Of a stretch of DNA of 64,000 nt, positions 1-13,506 are shown piece by piece. The number at the start of each line of letters is the position of its first letter. The first letter of the stretch is position 1. The notes below the pieces were generated by a model. That model did not search any database. It saw nothing but the letters and a program-made list of their open reading frames with translations, and was not told where the DNA came from. This DNA comes from Bilabrum cf. latius (lineage: Eukaryota): the NCBI GenBank assembly GCA_965178125.1, contig OZ237751.1, positions 124,001 to 188,000 on the forward strand. Direction: 5' to 3'. Made by a program: the position numbers and the translations under genes.

Positions 1-3000
1 ACGGCTCTATGCCCGCTCCCCGGCTGCTGTCTGTGTCCTCAGACGGGGGCAGCGTGGAGGAGCTGAGGGAGTTCGACCGGGTGTCGCTGGAGGGCTGGGG
101 GCTGGGGGAGGACCCGGGGGACATCGACGTGAGGCTAGGGGGGGCGCAGTGCACCTCCCCGCAGGTGTGCCACCGCACCTGCGAGCCGTGTTCCGGCCCG
201 GGAGACTGCGACTCGAACAGGGCTTGCGTCACCTTCGCCGGCTCGGACCAGCAGCCCTCGAGGAGCGTGTGCCTGCCGCTGTGCCAGGTGCAGCCCATCG
301 CAACGTCGGAGCTGTGTGCCTGCGGGCAGCAGTGCCGAACGTTCGCCACGAGCGCCCAGGGTTCCTTCGTGTCTCTTTGCGTGAATGGCGACATGGACCA
401 GCAGGGCATCTGCCCCGCTGGTAGGTCCTACGCCCCCTCCTAGGGCGACAGCGCCATCGACTGCTGGGCCCCGGGGGGGCAGTGTGGGCTCGAGGGGGTT
501 CTCCCAGCCATCGTGTCCAGCTAGGGACTGCCCTCCTCGGGGGTGATCAGGGCCGCTGACCCGCCCACTGCGGCGGGGGAGGAGCTGGGGGGCTCCCAGA
601 GCACCATGGGGATGGTGGATGGGCTCGAGTCCACTGCTGTCAGGTATGACCTTGACATGCAGGGGAGGGGCTTCACCTGCCAGGAGGACGAGGACTGCTT
701 GCCGGGGGCGGACGTGTGCAATGCAGTGCGGTGCATCCAGGGGTGCTGCGTGTCGTCTTCCAGCGGCCGGTGCGACACGGAGGAGCCAGCCGATCGAGCT
801 GTCCGTCTGCACGGGGCCCTCGTGCCTGTCCCCCTGCCGCGACGGGCTGCTGCCCTGCTGCCCATGCCCGGCCCGCTGCCGCTTGGCTCGGCCGGCACGG
901 GCGACACGAGGCTGGCTCCTGCCTCTGACGTGGACGACTCGCCCATGTCGCTGTTCCCTGGCACTGGAAGTGGTGGCTCGGCAGGCCAGGACCAAGCTGC
1001 GGTGGCAGGGGCCGGCCAGGGCGCCAGGCGCGCGCTGCGGGGTCTCTCGAACTCCTCGGACGACGACGATGCCAGCGGGGGTGCCGGGGACCATGGAAAT
1101 GGCACCACCGGTGTGCCGGCCGGGTTCGACCCTCCCTTTTTCGCCCGTCGGGTAGACGCCCTGTGGGTGGGATCCAACGGGTTCATGGGCAGGAACGGCA
1201 CGCATCCGTGCGGCGGACACTTTGGAGGTTTCGACTGCGGTCCGTTGAACCGGTACAGGGACTCGATTGCCCCTCTGCTGACCGACCTAAACCCCTCTGC
1301 CAGCGAGAGCGCCGCTCTGTGGGCCCGTGGCCTGCCTGACAACCGGAACCAGACCGATGTGGATGCAATTTCGCCCGAGAAGGTGGCGGCTTCGGGGGCG
1401 GCATGCGTGCGCTGGAAGGGGGTCCCGCTCTACGGGGGCCCTTTGGAAGACACGTGGAGCTTCACCGCGTGCCTGTTCGGGGACGGGGGTCTCCGCTGGA
1501 GGTATGAGGAGCTGCCTGTGGGGCGGGTGCCGGCGGTGACCCAGTTCCTGTCGGGGGTCAGGGACGAGATCGAGCAGGCGGACGACGCGCAGGCCGCGGC
1601 CACAGCGCTGCTCAGGCACTTCAGGCCCTCGGGCGGGTCGGCTGGCTCGCTGGGAGGCGCCGAGGACGGCTCCGACTTCGCGGTGCTGGGTACATCGGAC
1701 GTGCTGCTGGGCGCCGATGCCATTCAGGAGGCCTCCACCGTGGGGCTATGCCAGGCGGGGGCCAGCGCCTGCTTGTCGTCTAGGTGCGGCGAGGCAGGGC
1801 AAGAGATTCGCATGCAGTGGGCGGGCATCGGGTGCGGGGCTGGGCTGGGGACGGGGGCGGCCGGCGGGGCTGGGGTCAACGGCTCTGACGAGGCCGGGGT
1901 GCTGTGTCAGGTGGGTGCTGCCGTGTCACCAGCGAGGTGGGTGAAGCGACCCTCATGGGAGCGGGTCACCACCGTGATATCCGGCGAGACCGGCCCGGTG
2001 GAAGCAGGTGGAGACAGGCGCATTCCCGGCGAGGTGGTCTGCCAGGCCCCCCCGCTGGAGGAGGCCCTCGGGGCCCTCCCTGGATCCAGCGTGCCCGGGT
2101 GGGCCACCGGGGGCAGGGAAAGGTTGACCGTGCCCGTGTCGCTGGTGCTGCCAGTCCCCGTCACTCGATGGCAGGCTCAGGAGGCGCTGGACGACTTAGG
2201 CCAGCTGGATCGACACGGGTGGGCGGTGCCAGATGGCCCTGGGCTCGGCATCGGGGTGAGCAACGCGGCCCTGTAGCCCATGCCGAACTCATCTACCCTC
2301 TGGCAGCGACACGGGTCCTCTGGTGGGGGCTCCAACGGCACCTCTCGAGGGCCCCGTTGGTGGCACCGCGTCCTGCAGGGGGAGGAGAACGGGACAGCGG
2401 CGAGTCCCAGCGTGGTGGAGGTGTCGGTGCTCGGGGCACTCGCCGCTGACAACACCACCATACCAGCCAGTGCGGGGAACGGCACCGGGAATGGGTCGAG
2501 CACAAACGCGAGAAGGGCGCTGCGGCTGGAGCCAAACCCCGTGGCAGTGCCGCGGCAGCTGCAGGCGCAGGGGTCGCCGCTGGCCTCCCCTGCGTCTGTG
2601 CCCTACGACGTCTTGGAGACGCACCAGCTCTTCTTCTCCTACTCGCTGCATGCAGGAGACCAGACGTGCGGCTGCGACCTGGACGAATCGTCCGAGTGCG
2701 ACAACTGCGGTGAGCATTCCCGGCTTTGTGCGGTTCCTTCCCCGTTGCTGGCATCTCGTGTGCCGTGTTCCGTCTCCTTTTCATCAAGCGCTACGTCAAA
2801 TTCTTTCGTCTCAGCTGCCAACTCGCCGCCCTGTCGCGACCGTTCCTAATTTAGTATCGCAGGTGTATGTGGCGGCGGGGGCAGGTTCCGTGACTGCAAC
2901 GGCGACTGCTTCGGCACAGCCGTGGTGGACGAGTGCCAGGTGTGCTCTGGGGGCAGGACTGGCGTCCGCGCAGGAGCCGCCCTCGACTGCAATGGGATCT

Positions 3001-4807
3001 GCTGGGGACCCAACGACAACTGTCCGAGTCCTTCTCCTTCTCCGTGTGAGCTGCTTGTCGTGCGTGTTTCTATTAGCTTCCCTCGTGGTCTCAATGCTCG
3101 GCGGATCGATCCGATCGATCGATCTTTGCGAGTTGTTGCTGCCATCACGCGTGTCCACGGCTCCCTAGTTACATTTTGCCTGCAGATCCCTCCATGTCCC
3201 CGCAACCCAATCCTACTCCCACCGGTGGCGGCGCAGCACCCGAGCCGTCCCCTGGAGACGGGACCGACGACGCGTTCTTCCCATGGGTGGATGACGACGG
3301 GGACCAGGATGGAGGAAACGATCGCGAGCAAGTTCTCCTGACCGTGGTGGTGCTGGTGCTCTTTGGGACCTCGCTCATCATGTGTGGGGCCTACATCGCG
3401 GTGCAGTACTTCGAATACAGGGCGGCGCAGGCCCTGCAGGAGCGCATCAACGCGGGAGGCTTCGACGTGGGCGAGTACGTTCCGCCCGAGGGCATGCTGG
3501 ACGAGGTGCTAGCGGTGCTGCCTTTCTACAAGTTCAAGACTGAGGACGCCGACGAGGCGGATAGGAGGGACAGCCGTAGGGCGGATGATGTGCATAGCGA
3601 CAGCGGCAGCGGCAGCGGCTAGGCAGGCGCTGCACCCGCAGGAGAATCCAAAGAGTCCCCAGCAGAAGCTGCGCACGCCGGTCAAGGGTCAACCACTAGC
3701 GCTACTGCGGCTGCTGCAGGCGATCGCACTGGCACTGCTGCAGGGACAGCGGCGGCGCCCAGCACGTCTTCAGGGGGCGCAGAGGAGGACGTGAAGGTGC
3801 TTCCTCGCAACCGCGAGTGCCCCATCTCGCTGGAGGACTTCGAGGATGGAGACGAGACGGCGCTGCTGCCGTGCGGGCACTGCATCACGTACCACCTAGC
3901 GCTCAACTATTTCTAGCAGTCTGTGAGGTGTCCGCTGTGCCGGTCGGACACGCAGGCCCAGCTGGCAGAAGCGCATGGGATTGACCTCGATGCCGCCATG
4001 CGAAGACACAGGGAGCAGGCCATGGGGGAGGGCGGTGACGGTGGGGCCGGGGCTGGGGATGGGAATGCGGATGTAGGTGGAGGTGGAGGTGCGAATGGTA
4101 ACGCCGGGCAGGCAAGGGGTGCAGGTGGTGCACAGGCCGGCGGAAACACTGGATAGAGTGCGGGCAGGGCGCTACCGTCCTCGGGGATGAATCCGAGCGG
4201 CGCTAGCGAAGAGGACCCGCGGGGCACGACTGCTTCCAGCGGGCGTGAGACCAGCAGCAACGAGGGAACAGATCTGGAGATGGTGGCGGTGGGTCCTGCA
4301 CCAGGGTCCACTCACTCGGCGGCCTTCTTGCTGGGTCGGCGGGGCGGTGGTGGCAGCAGGCCAACGATCCAGACAAGCCAGGGACCCAGTGGAGCGGACC
4401 ACCACCGGCGCGCATCTGCCCCCGTTCGGTCGATCTCACCCCGCAGCGGGGCCTTCAGCATGTCCAACCCGTTGCAGGAGGGGGGTCGATCGGTGGGGGT
4501 GGCGGCGCACAGCCAAGGGGCCGAGTCGCTTGACAACCCCATAGTCTCTTTGAGCGCAGCATCAGTGAACGGCATGGACGCTGCGCACGACAGCCAGCAC
4601 AGCAGGAGCAGCGGGGGGCGGCAGCGGCTCCCTCCTAGCCGGACTGGGCCGCGTGTGGTCCATGGACCAACCAGCAGTGCGCCACCTCGAGTGCCACCTG
4701 GTGCCGCATTGGGTGGGGCTGGCGCTGCGAGGCCACAGTCGGGCGGGAGTGCAGCGAGCCGGTCACGTGCTAGCCCTGTAAGGACTGGTCAAGTCGCTCC
4801 GGTGTGA
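1..4807 (+). CDS. Large type-I membrane protein, 5' end outside the window: IPT/TIG-like, Cys-rich, PLXDC/NIDO-like domain, DCxGxC repeats, TM helix, cytosolic degenerate RING
   Basis: ORFs 9-443, 543-2276 and 2280-2709 share one frame joined by TAGs at 441, 522 and 2274. Introns inferred at 2710-2862 and 3046-3185. The last exon has TAGs at 3620, 3914 and 4154 and ends TGA at 4805. Motifs: FDPPFF..GSNGF..IAPLLTDLNP..SFTACLFGDG; TM VLLTVVVLVLFGTSLIMCGAYIAV; CPISLEDF..LPCGH..CPLCR. Confidence 0.75.
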
Positions 4808-5559
4808 TTGTGCGTGCATGCTGCACGATCCACATCCCTGACAGCGCCATAACTATCTAATTGGAACCCCAAAAAATGTCTTAAAATTAATATGTCTGGA
4901 TCCTGACGACTCCACCACGCCCCTCTCAAGCAGCAGTGCTGAGCCAGAGCACGAGCAGCGATGTGGGAAACCGGGGGCGTCGCATCTCCAGTAGCAAATC
5001 ACTAGCAAACAGCTTTGGCTGGTACGGCCAGCCACCCCTAAATCCACGTCTACTCAATCTTCGACGTGGAGCCATAGGAGCACCGTTGGGCATGCCAGAT
5101 GCAAACTCGCGAACACAGATCGGGAAAGATACCATGGAATGAAGGAGCATGGCAAGGCATCAACAGAGCAAGCAGCAGCCCCCCAGCTGCTGCTCGCTTT
5201 GGACGAAGCCCCACCTTGTCCTGCACCACCACTACCGACCCATCTCACATGTCCGCGCATCTGCCTTCGCTCGCCCAATGGCACAGCTCCCGCGGCAAGG
5301 GTGCAGCAGTCGGCGCCGAGCACCGCATGCGCCGTGTGCGGGATGATTGAGGCCCAGTCGCGGGCCAAGTCACTTCTCCCGCTCGCAGCCGATCCATGCA
5401 GTGCCAAACCACGCCGCCGCCGCCCGTTCGAGATCGCGCCTCCACACCGGTGCGGTCTCTCCACCTCAAAAGAACACCCATCCACCGCTGGTCTCACCAA
5501 CGACCAGCCGCAGGCCAACACCCTCCCCCCCGGGCGGCCTGTCGTCCACCTCGTCCAAC

Positions 5560-8500
5560 TCACTCCCACTGACCACCCTCCACCTGGCGGGGCGACCCGG
5601 CGAGCGTGATCTCCTACACGTCGCTATCGGGTCCCTCGCTGCTCGGCAGGTATCGCGCCCCTGGAGCAGCGCCCGGGCGCAGGCTGCCGCCATGCTCGGC
5701 AGCGCCCGAGGCACCGGCAGCAGGAAGCGCTGACCCGCTCGCGGGTGCCGTCCGAGCGATGCCGCGAGACCGCACCACGGTCACAGCAGCCACTGCCACA
5801 GCCGCCAGCGCGATGAGCCCAGAGCCGCCCATGGCCGCCAGCGCGATGGCCGGCAGCTCGCCCTCCTCGGCACCGCCGGCCTGGTCTGCGTCTGTGGCGG
5901 CGGTCCCCGAGCCGTTTCCGCTGGCGGTTGGCGTGCCACCGCTGGCAGCACCGTCGTCTCCCAGAGGCTCCCCGAAGACCAGCTCGTCCTCATTGACTAG
6001 GTCCAGGGTGCTGCCCGCCGGCATACCTGCGGCGCTGGCCAGAACCTGTCCCGCGGAGGAGAGAGCAGAGGCCACGGCGGTTCCCTGGGAGGCAGGGAAC
6101 ACGGCCAGTCCGAGCTCGCCGTCCGTGGGGTTGGCGTTCACGTACACGGTCACCTCTGCGGCCAGCTCCGGGTCGGACTCGGCCAGCTGCTTCCTGACTG
6201 CATCTTGCGTGGAGGCGCGCACACCCTCTAGCTGCGCGCGCTGGGCGTTGCCATACGCGAGCATGCCGGCACGGGCAGCGCTGGCGGCTGCGGAGCCAAG
6301 CGCTGACGGGTCCACGGCCGCGAGGTCCACCTGAGCAGCGAGCTGGATGCGGCTGCTGGTGTCCACGCCGCTGGCCCGCACACTGTCCCGTATGGAGGAA
6401 CCCGTGGCCACCCCGGCTCGCAGCCTGCGCGCGCCCTCCTCGTGCTCGCTCTCTTCGTCCTCGCCGGGGAGGTCCAGCTGGCTGGGGCACGTGTCGCCGT
6501 CGATGCGGCCCCGCCTGGACTGGAAACTGGGCCCGAACCTAGTCCATCCGCCTTCCCCGTCGCTGCGAAACGTGCTAAAGGTGTAGTCCCTGTTGGCCAG
6601 CAGCTCCGAGGCGGGCACGATCACCACGGTCTCGTGGCAGTTGGGAATCTCCACGGCCACCGAGTAGTCAGTGTCCCCTCGCTGGGTCTCCCTCAGCACG
6701 AAGGTCCTGCTCTCCGGGGCAGTGGTCACGTCCTCGCAGTAGGTCAAATGCAGCGCGACACTGCCGTCGCACAGCCGCTCGTCACCAGTGATGGTCTCCA
6801 TGCGCGCGTTAGAGCCCGTGGGCCGGAAGTTGGGCAATGGGTATCCACCCGCCTGCTGCGCGGGCTCGAAGTCTTCCACGGTCTCCTTGGAGATGTCTAC
6901 CAGCGAGCCGCGTGTCCACCCGTGCACGGGGTCGAACGAGTGGATGGCGAACTGCAGATCCGCGTTCTTGAACTGTCCCAGGTTGAGCCACTTCTCCTCT
7001 CCAGTCCGCAGGGTCACCGCCCTTGCGAACTGCACGTCTCCTCTCCTCACTTCCTGGAGCAAGAACCGCTTGGGCTCGGCCCCGTGCCACTCGTTGTAGG
7101 CCACGCGCACAATCACATCGCCGCGCACCACCGCCGCCCCGCCCTCGTTCTGCAGCCCTGACTGCGCCCCCGCGCGCTTCCTGGCCCACACCTGCATGAT
7201 GCGGCCCCTGGAGCCCGTGTGCGAGTCATACCTGCCCCCGCGACCTGCCACCACGGTGGCATCATCTTCAGCGTCAGCGAACAGATCCACGCAGGTCTTC
7301 CCGATCTGGATCTTGTTGCCGTTGCGCCACCCGCCACGACCGTCCGCGTACTGAAGCGTGAACTCCAGATCCGACCTGTGCGGGTTGCCCAGGTCCACCT
7401 TGAGCTCCTGTCCGTTCGTGAGGGTCACCTGCTGGGCCAGGCGAACGTCGCCGCGGCGGGTCTCCCTAATCACGAAGGTTCGCTCCTCGTCTTCGCAGCC
7501 GTGGCGGTCGTTGTATCGCACGATGGCATGCACGTGGCAGTCAGAGGCGCGCTGCTCGCCGTACACGCCCACGATGCGGCCGCGACTGCCGGTGTGGTGC
7601 GTGGTTCGCTTGGGCATCTCCCCTGCAGCCGCCATGGCCACAGGGAACGTCTCGATCCTCTCCTTGGAAATGTCCACGGTCTGGCCGGCAACCCACTCGC
7701 CCCTAGAGTCTCTCCTCTCGTAGAATAGCGTAAAGCGAAGGTCCGAACGGTGCGGCTGGCCCATGTTGACCTGCACCTCCTCGCCGTTGGCCAGCACCAC
7801 CTGCTTGGCCAGGCGTACATCGCCGCGGCGGGTCTCTCGAATCACGAAGCGATCCACGTCGGGCCCGTTCAGGTCAAAATACTGCACCTGCAGCAATATG
7901 TCCCCATTGGCCGCGCGCCGCTCGCCGTACACAGGTACCAGCCGCCCGCGGGCACCGGTGGGTCTGTCATTGCGCTTGCGCCACACCTCGGTGGCGTTGG
8001 AGAAAGTCTCGAGGCACGTCTTGCCGATCTGGACCTTGTTGCTGTTTCGCCACCCGCCGCGACCGTCAGAGTACTGCAACGTGAACTCCAGGTCCGACCT
8101 GTGCGGATTGCCCAGGTCCAGCACCTGCTCTGTATCCCGCGCGATAGTCACCGTGCGACCGAAGCGCACATCTCCACGGCGGGTCTCGCGAATGGCGAAG
8201 GTCTGCTCCTCGGCGCACTCGGCCCCAGCTCCGTGGCTGGAGCACACGTACCTGACAGCGACCTGGACGCGACAGTTTTCATCCCGCAGGCCGTTCGCAA
8301 AGAGGTTGTCCATGCGGCCCCTGCTGCCCGTGCCTCGCACCGACCGCAAGGGCTCGCCCACGGCCGTGGCGGGCTGCAGGTCGTCCACGAAATGAGTGCC
8401 GATGGGCACCGAGCCCGACCGAGCCCAGCGCGGGTCACTGTCCTCGGGTCTGTCCTCGGGCATGTTCTGTCCCCTGCCCAGCTTCAGGTAGGACAGCTCG

Positions 8501-11500
8501 AAGGAGAGCGCTGCTGTGCGGAAGGTCCTCCCCAGCACCAGCGCAGCCTCCTCATGGTTGACCTGGCGGAACACGTACGTGTATTTGGTGTCACCGCGAG
8601 CCGTCTCGCGGATGCGGAACCACATGAGTGCGTCGTCCTCGGCTCGCCGATCCGAGTAGCGCACGGACACATGCACCTCCCCGCGGGGCCCGCGCCTGTC
8701 ACCCGAGTACACGTTGGAGATACGGCCTCGAGAGCCCGTGCCCCCGTCCTCCCTGCGCCTGGGGAAGCCCTCCTGCATCTTGGGCGAGCACACCCTGTCG
8801 GCACGCTCGTGGCAGTCCTCCACCTGATACTCGTCATACTCGCACACCGTGCAGTCCTCGCAGGTCCTGTCAAGGAACGCAGGCCCCAAAGTGCCATCTA
8901 TTGCCCCGCCGGTGCCCACGGAACTGGCCTCGTCGTCGTCGGGGTGGGAGCCTTGGCAGCTGCGGGTCTCGTACTGCGTGCCCGTGCACTTGGTGCACTG
9001 CAGACAGTGGGTCGCGGCCCCGACCATCAGAGCCTCGAAAGTCTCTGCCTGGCACACGGGGTTGCGGTAGGTCGTTGGCACCTGCCCCTCCGCAGGCCTG
9101 CACTCCTGGCAATGGCACCGAGGCGCGGGCAGGTTCAGCAGCGAGACGTCCGTGTAGCACGACGAAGGCAGGCTGGCGAGGTCTGCACCTGGGCGGATGC
9201 ACTGTGACGAGGATGAGATGGACTACACCCTGACTTTGGTGGCAGTGTGCCGGCCCACGCCTGTGAGAGCCACGTCCACCGTCTCTTTGCTGCTGACGCC
9301 CACCACGCCCACCACCGGGCACTCGTCGATGTCGCCGCAGTCGCCTCCTCCCGTCACTCGGAAGAAGGCACTGGGATTCAGCTGCCTCTTTCCGAAGTCG
9401 ATCTGGAGCACGGGCTCGCACTGGTCATTGCGCCGGGCCTCAATGGAACCGTCACCGATGGCGTTGGACAGCAGGCTAGAGGTGAACTGTCCGGACGCGG
9501 AGTTGGCCCTGTTTGGCCTGCGGGTGTATTCCCACTCCTGGGCCCCGCCCTCGCCCTGGTAGTCGGCGTCGAAGCACGAGGCAGGACCAGAGCGGCTGCA
9601 CGGTCCAAACCGCAGCTGGCCGCCCTCCGAGCACGAGTCCAACGGGCACAGCACCAGCACCTCCACCTGCTCCTCGGCCGTAGTCAGGCCCCGGTCGTCC
9701 TCGGCCTGCACAGTCAGCGTCGCGGCAAAGTCGCCATCATCATTCCTAAAATCTGTGCGAATCACCCTCAGCTGGTCCTCGGAGCTGGGGTCAAAGCCCA
9801 GGGCCTCCACGCATCTTGAGCTCGTGCAGCCCGTTATAGTAAAGGTGTGCGTGTCCTCTTCGTTCGGGTCAGCGATGGTCAGGCGAGGCCCCACGGCAGA
9901 GCCCATGGGCGCGTCCTTCCTCACCATGATGGGGTCCAGCGTGCTGAGGGAGGGCGAGAAGACCGGCGGCTTGTTGTCGGGGACCAGCTCAATCGTGAGA
10001 GTGGTGTCGTCAGTGAACGCAGCACCGTCTGAGTTGACTACGTCGTCCGTCACGCGCACGGTGAACTGGAACACCGTGCGACCAGCAGCCTCCTCCGTGT
10101 CGAAGCTCAGGCCGGGGCCACTGTATGTGATGTCACCGCTGCTCGGGTCGACCGTGATTGCGATGCTGGGAGACGGCTGGGTCGCGATCGAGTACACGAT
10201 CGAGCTCTTGGACGCGTCCGTGTCCGGATCGCTAGCTGCCAACGAACCCAGGCTATTGACAACGAACTGCCCCACCTGATCGGGCTCGGCCTCCACCATC
10301 TCCAGCCGCAGGTCACGGCTCTCGGCCAAGAAGCTCGGTGGCTCGTTGCAGTCACCCACGCGCACCACCACGGTGATCACGTCGACGGCCTCTTCGCCCT
10401 GCACGGGTGCCGGGTCCGTGATGGTCACCGTGCACTCGATCTCCGCCTCGGCCTCGAAGTCCAGAGCAGCCCCAGTGTACCATACGTCGATCTCGCCGGC
10501 ACCGCCACCTTCACGCAGCTCAAGCAGGTCACCATTGGATGCAGGGCACTGCAGCACGGCGTTGGCCACCACAATGCCGGAGTCGGGCACGTTCGCATCC
10601 TCCACGCTCACCGCGCCGGCCCTCCTGGCTTCGCTCTCGCACTCCTGGACCGAGAGGGTGAGCGTGCCCGGGCTGTTTGCCTCGTCGATGTCGGTGGCCA
10701 GCGAGGGAACTGAGTCGCACTCGAGCTGGTCGCGCTGGCCCACGGGGAGCTCTGGCTGGAAGCTGGTCTTGCACTCGCACGTCCATCTGCCATTTGCAGC
10801 CCATGCGTTCTCGGTGCACACGTCGCAAGGGACCGTGGCCCCGGACTGCCGATGGCGGATCCACTGTTGCCCCGGCAGGAAGCCAGAGCAGCTCTTGCAT
10901 GTGGTCTGCTCAGTCTCGTCCTAAAAAGAGGAACTGGAGCACGACGGGCACCAGGTGCTCCCAGCCCAGGAGTACCGGCCGGCAGGGCAGCTGTCGCACC
11001 GGTTGTCTCTCGTGTTGGTGGCGAATCCACCCGTGCACACCACATCAAAGTACAGCTCGTACTGGATTGGCTGCTCTGCCACAACGCTGCCATCACCATC
11101 TACTGATACTGCCTTCAGCACCACCCGGTGGCTGAATCCAAGCGGAGGATTGCCGGTCAGCCTCACGGTCGATGCCTGGGACAGGTCGATCATGGACGCC
11201 TCAATGCCCTCGCTGGTGGAGACCAGTTGCAGCTGCACCTGCAGCCCGCTGGCCTCTGTGATCCTCGCAACGGCATCGATTGTTAGAAGGGTATCCACTG
11301 TCCTCGTGGTCGGCGACACAATGGAACGCCTCCCCCGCACAAAATGCCTGCCTCCAGCTGTCACTGGCTGCGCCCTGCGGAAGACCCATTTTGGCGTGGT
11401 GTCCTCCAGGATCTCGATCTCGAATACGGACACTGCGAAGGTCCTGTCGGGGTTGGAGCCGTCGTATGCCACCAGCCCGAGCGTGAATCGACGGTCAGCA

Positions 11501-13506
11501 GCAGCTAAGTTGTCGAACTACACGCTAGTCTTGGCACGCAGCACAGGGGAGTTTGCACTGCCTACGATCTCCAGCAAGTCTGAACCGGGGTATGACGGGT
11601 CTAGGAACAGAGTTGCTGCCCTACCACCCGCGATCACGCCGATTTCGAGCCCATCGCCCAGCCCCTGCTCGAACACCTGGTAGAAAGATCCTGCTCGGGG
11701 CTAGGAGATGCTGGCAACCTAGCCCGGCTTGCAGAGGCGGTCCCCCAGCTCGAGTGCACCGTACTGCAGCGCGGCAGTGGACGGCGACCCGCCCACCGAC
11801 CCAGCCAGAGGGCCCATCCCCAGCGATCCCCGCATCGGCACACCGGCCCACGTTGACTCGGGCCCGTCGCACCCGAAGCACCGCACCACGGCTGGATCCT
11901 GGCTAGCTCCCTGAGCGGGCTCTACGATGGCGCAGAAGGAGCACCCTGATGCCGACACGGATGTGACCTGCTGATTGGGACCCGCCACCTGGATGAACTA
12001 CAAGTTGCTGCTTGACTCAGTCGCAGGACCACCAGTGGCACTCAGCTGCACGGCCTCAGGCCAGTCCACGTGGAATCCATCTGCCCCTCCTTGCAGGTTC
12101 GAAGCTTGCACGGAGCACTGCATGCTCAATTCTGCCGAGTCGGTCGCCACGCAGAACCCCTCCGCCGTCACTGCGATCGATGTTGGAGTGCCCGACAGCA
12201 TAGGGTAGTACCCCACGGTCGAATCATCGGAAGCCACGTCTTGCGCCTCGTCCTCCCCGTCTGGCACGAAGCGGCCAAAGCACTTGATGTACGAGCCAGT
12301 GGCGGCGCATGCACGTGTCTCGGCAACGCCCACCACCAGCACCTCCGCGCCCTCGCTGCCTGGCAGCGACACCACCGCGCCTGCTCCATCTGATTCAGGA
12401 GACACCTGCCCCCAACACACCAGCTGCGAGTCCGTCTGGCTGATGCCACACCCGCCCTGGTTGCCCAGAGACACGGATCCAGACCGCAACATAGCGGGTA
12501 GGCCAAGCAGAACCAGCCCATTTGTGTGCGAACCCATGTTGGCAGTAGCCACATCGGAGCCCAGCCCGGAGTCGGCCGTGCTGCCCCAGCACACCACATT
12601 TTTGCCGTCGATCGCACGGTTCAGCACCATGCAGAAGCCCTGGGACCCTGCATGTATGCTGGTTACCCATCCTTGCACGGACCATCGCTGTCCATTCGCG
12701 TCAGGCACTGTCAGAGACCTTGCCTAGAATTGGTCCACATCTGCGCTGCTAGTCCACGGCATGTACTCCTTCTTGCCCCTGCACTCAATCAAGCCCTATG
12801 TGGCCAGCACACACGTGGCAACCTGAGATGAGAGGTCAGACTTGAGCGACACCACGTCAGCGGCACTACGGCCCGATGGCAGGCGCAAGGGCCCGGCAGC
12901 AGCAGGCCTGTCAAGCCTGCCGTCCTCGCCGATCAGCTCCGAGGCGCCCTCACCGTACCCGCACTGCCCTGATGCGGCCCCGCACGCGCCCCAGCACCAA
13001 TACCGCCCGCTGGAAGACACGGCGCACGATGGACCCGAGAGACCCATGGACACGGACACGATGTCGCACTGGGTTGGCTCGGCGAAGCGCACGCGCACCT
13101 CGGTCTCGGTCGTGTGGGGGGTCCCGTCCCAGCCGGTGATGGATGCGCGCACGGTCAGCACGTCAGCGACCTGGAAGCCACGATCCTGGTACTACGAGTT
13201 GACGAAGATGCCGCCGCCCTCGCTGTCGATCGTGTAGTCATTGACGGTGGGGAGGTTGAGGGGGGCAGAGGGGTCGGCGTCGCCTCGACGCCAACCCACG
13301 ATCTCGTACACGATGGGAGACTGCAGGCTGATGCTCGCGCGGGCATCAATCGCATCGATGAGGCTGGAGCTGTCGTCCGCGGGATCCGCCACAAACTCGT
13401 ACGGCTCGCCCACAAACGAGATGCTTGCTGGTGCCCCCGTGCTGGCAAGGCACAGGGCCGAGGCCGCCACAATTGCGGCTGAGTTACAAAACGTAAGTCC
13501 TCGCAT
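5560..13506 (-). CDS. About 2648-aa cell-surface protein: signal peptide, RCC1/BLIP-II-like repeats, ephrin-receptor-like Cys-rich unit, cadherin-like repeats, TNFR-like Cys repeats, six RGD-containing repeats, C-terminal TM
   Basis: One frame from ATG 13506 (MRGLTFCNSAAIVAASALCLA) to TGA 5560, with 10 in-frame TAGs (13192, 12796, 12724, 11998, 11719, 11701, 11518, 10921, 9223, 5614) and no in-frame TAA/TGA. Motifs: WCWG, VVCWG and LVCWG; DCNEPPSF and DNKPPVF; CTVCEYDEYQVEDC..DRVC. The exact 3' end is less certain. Confidence 0.8.
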
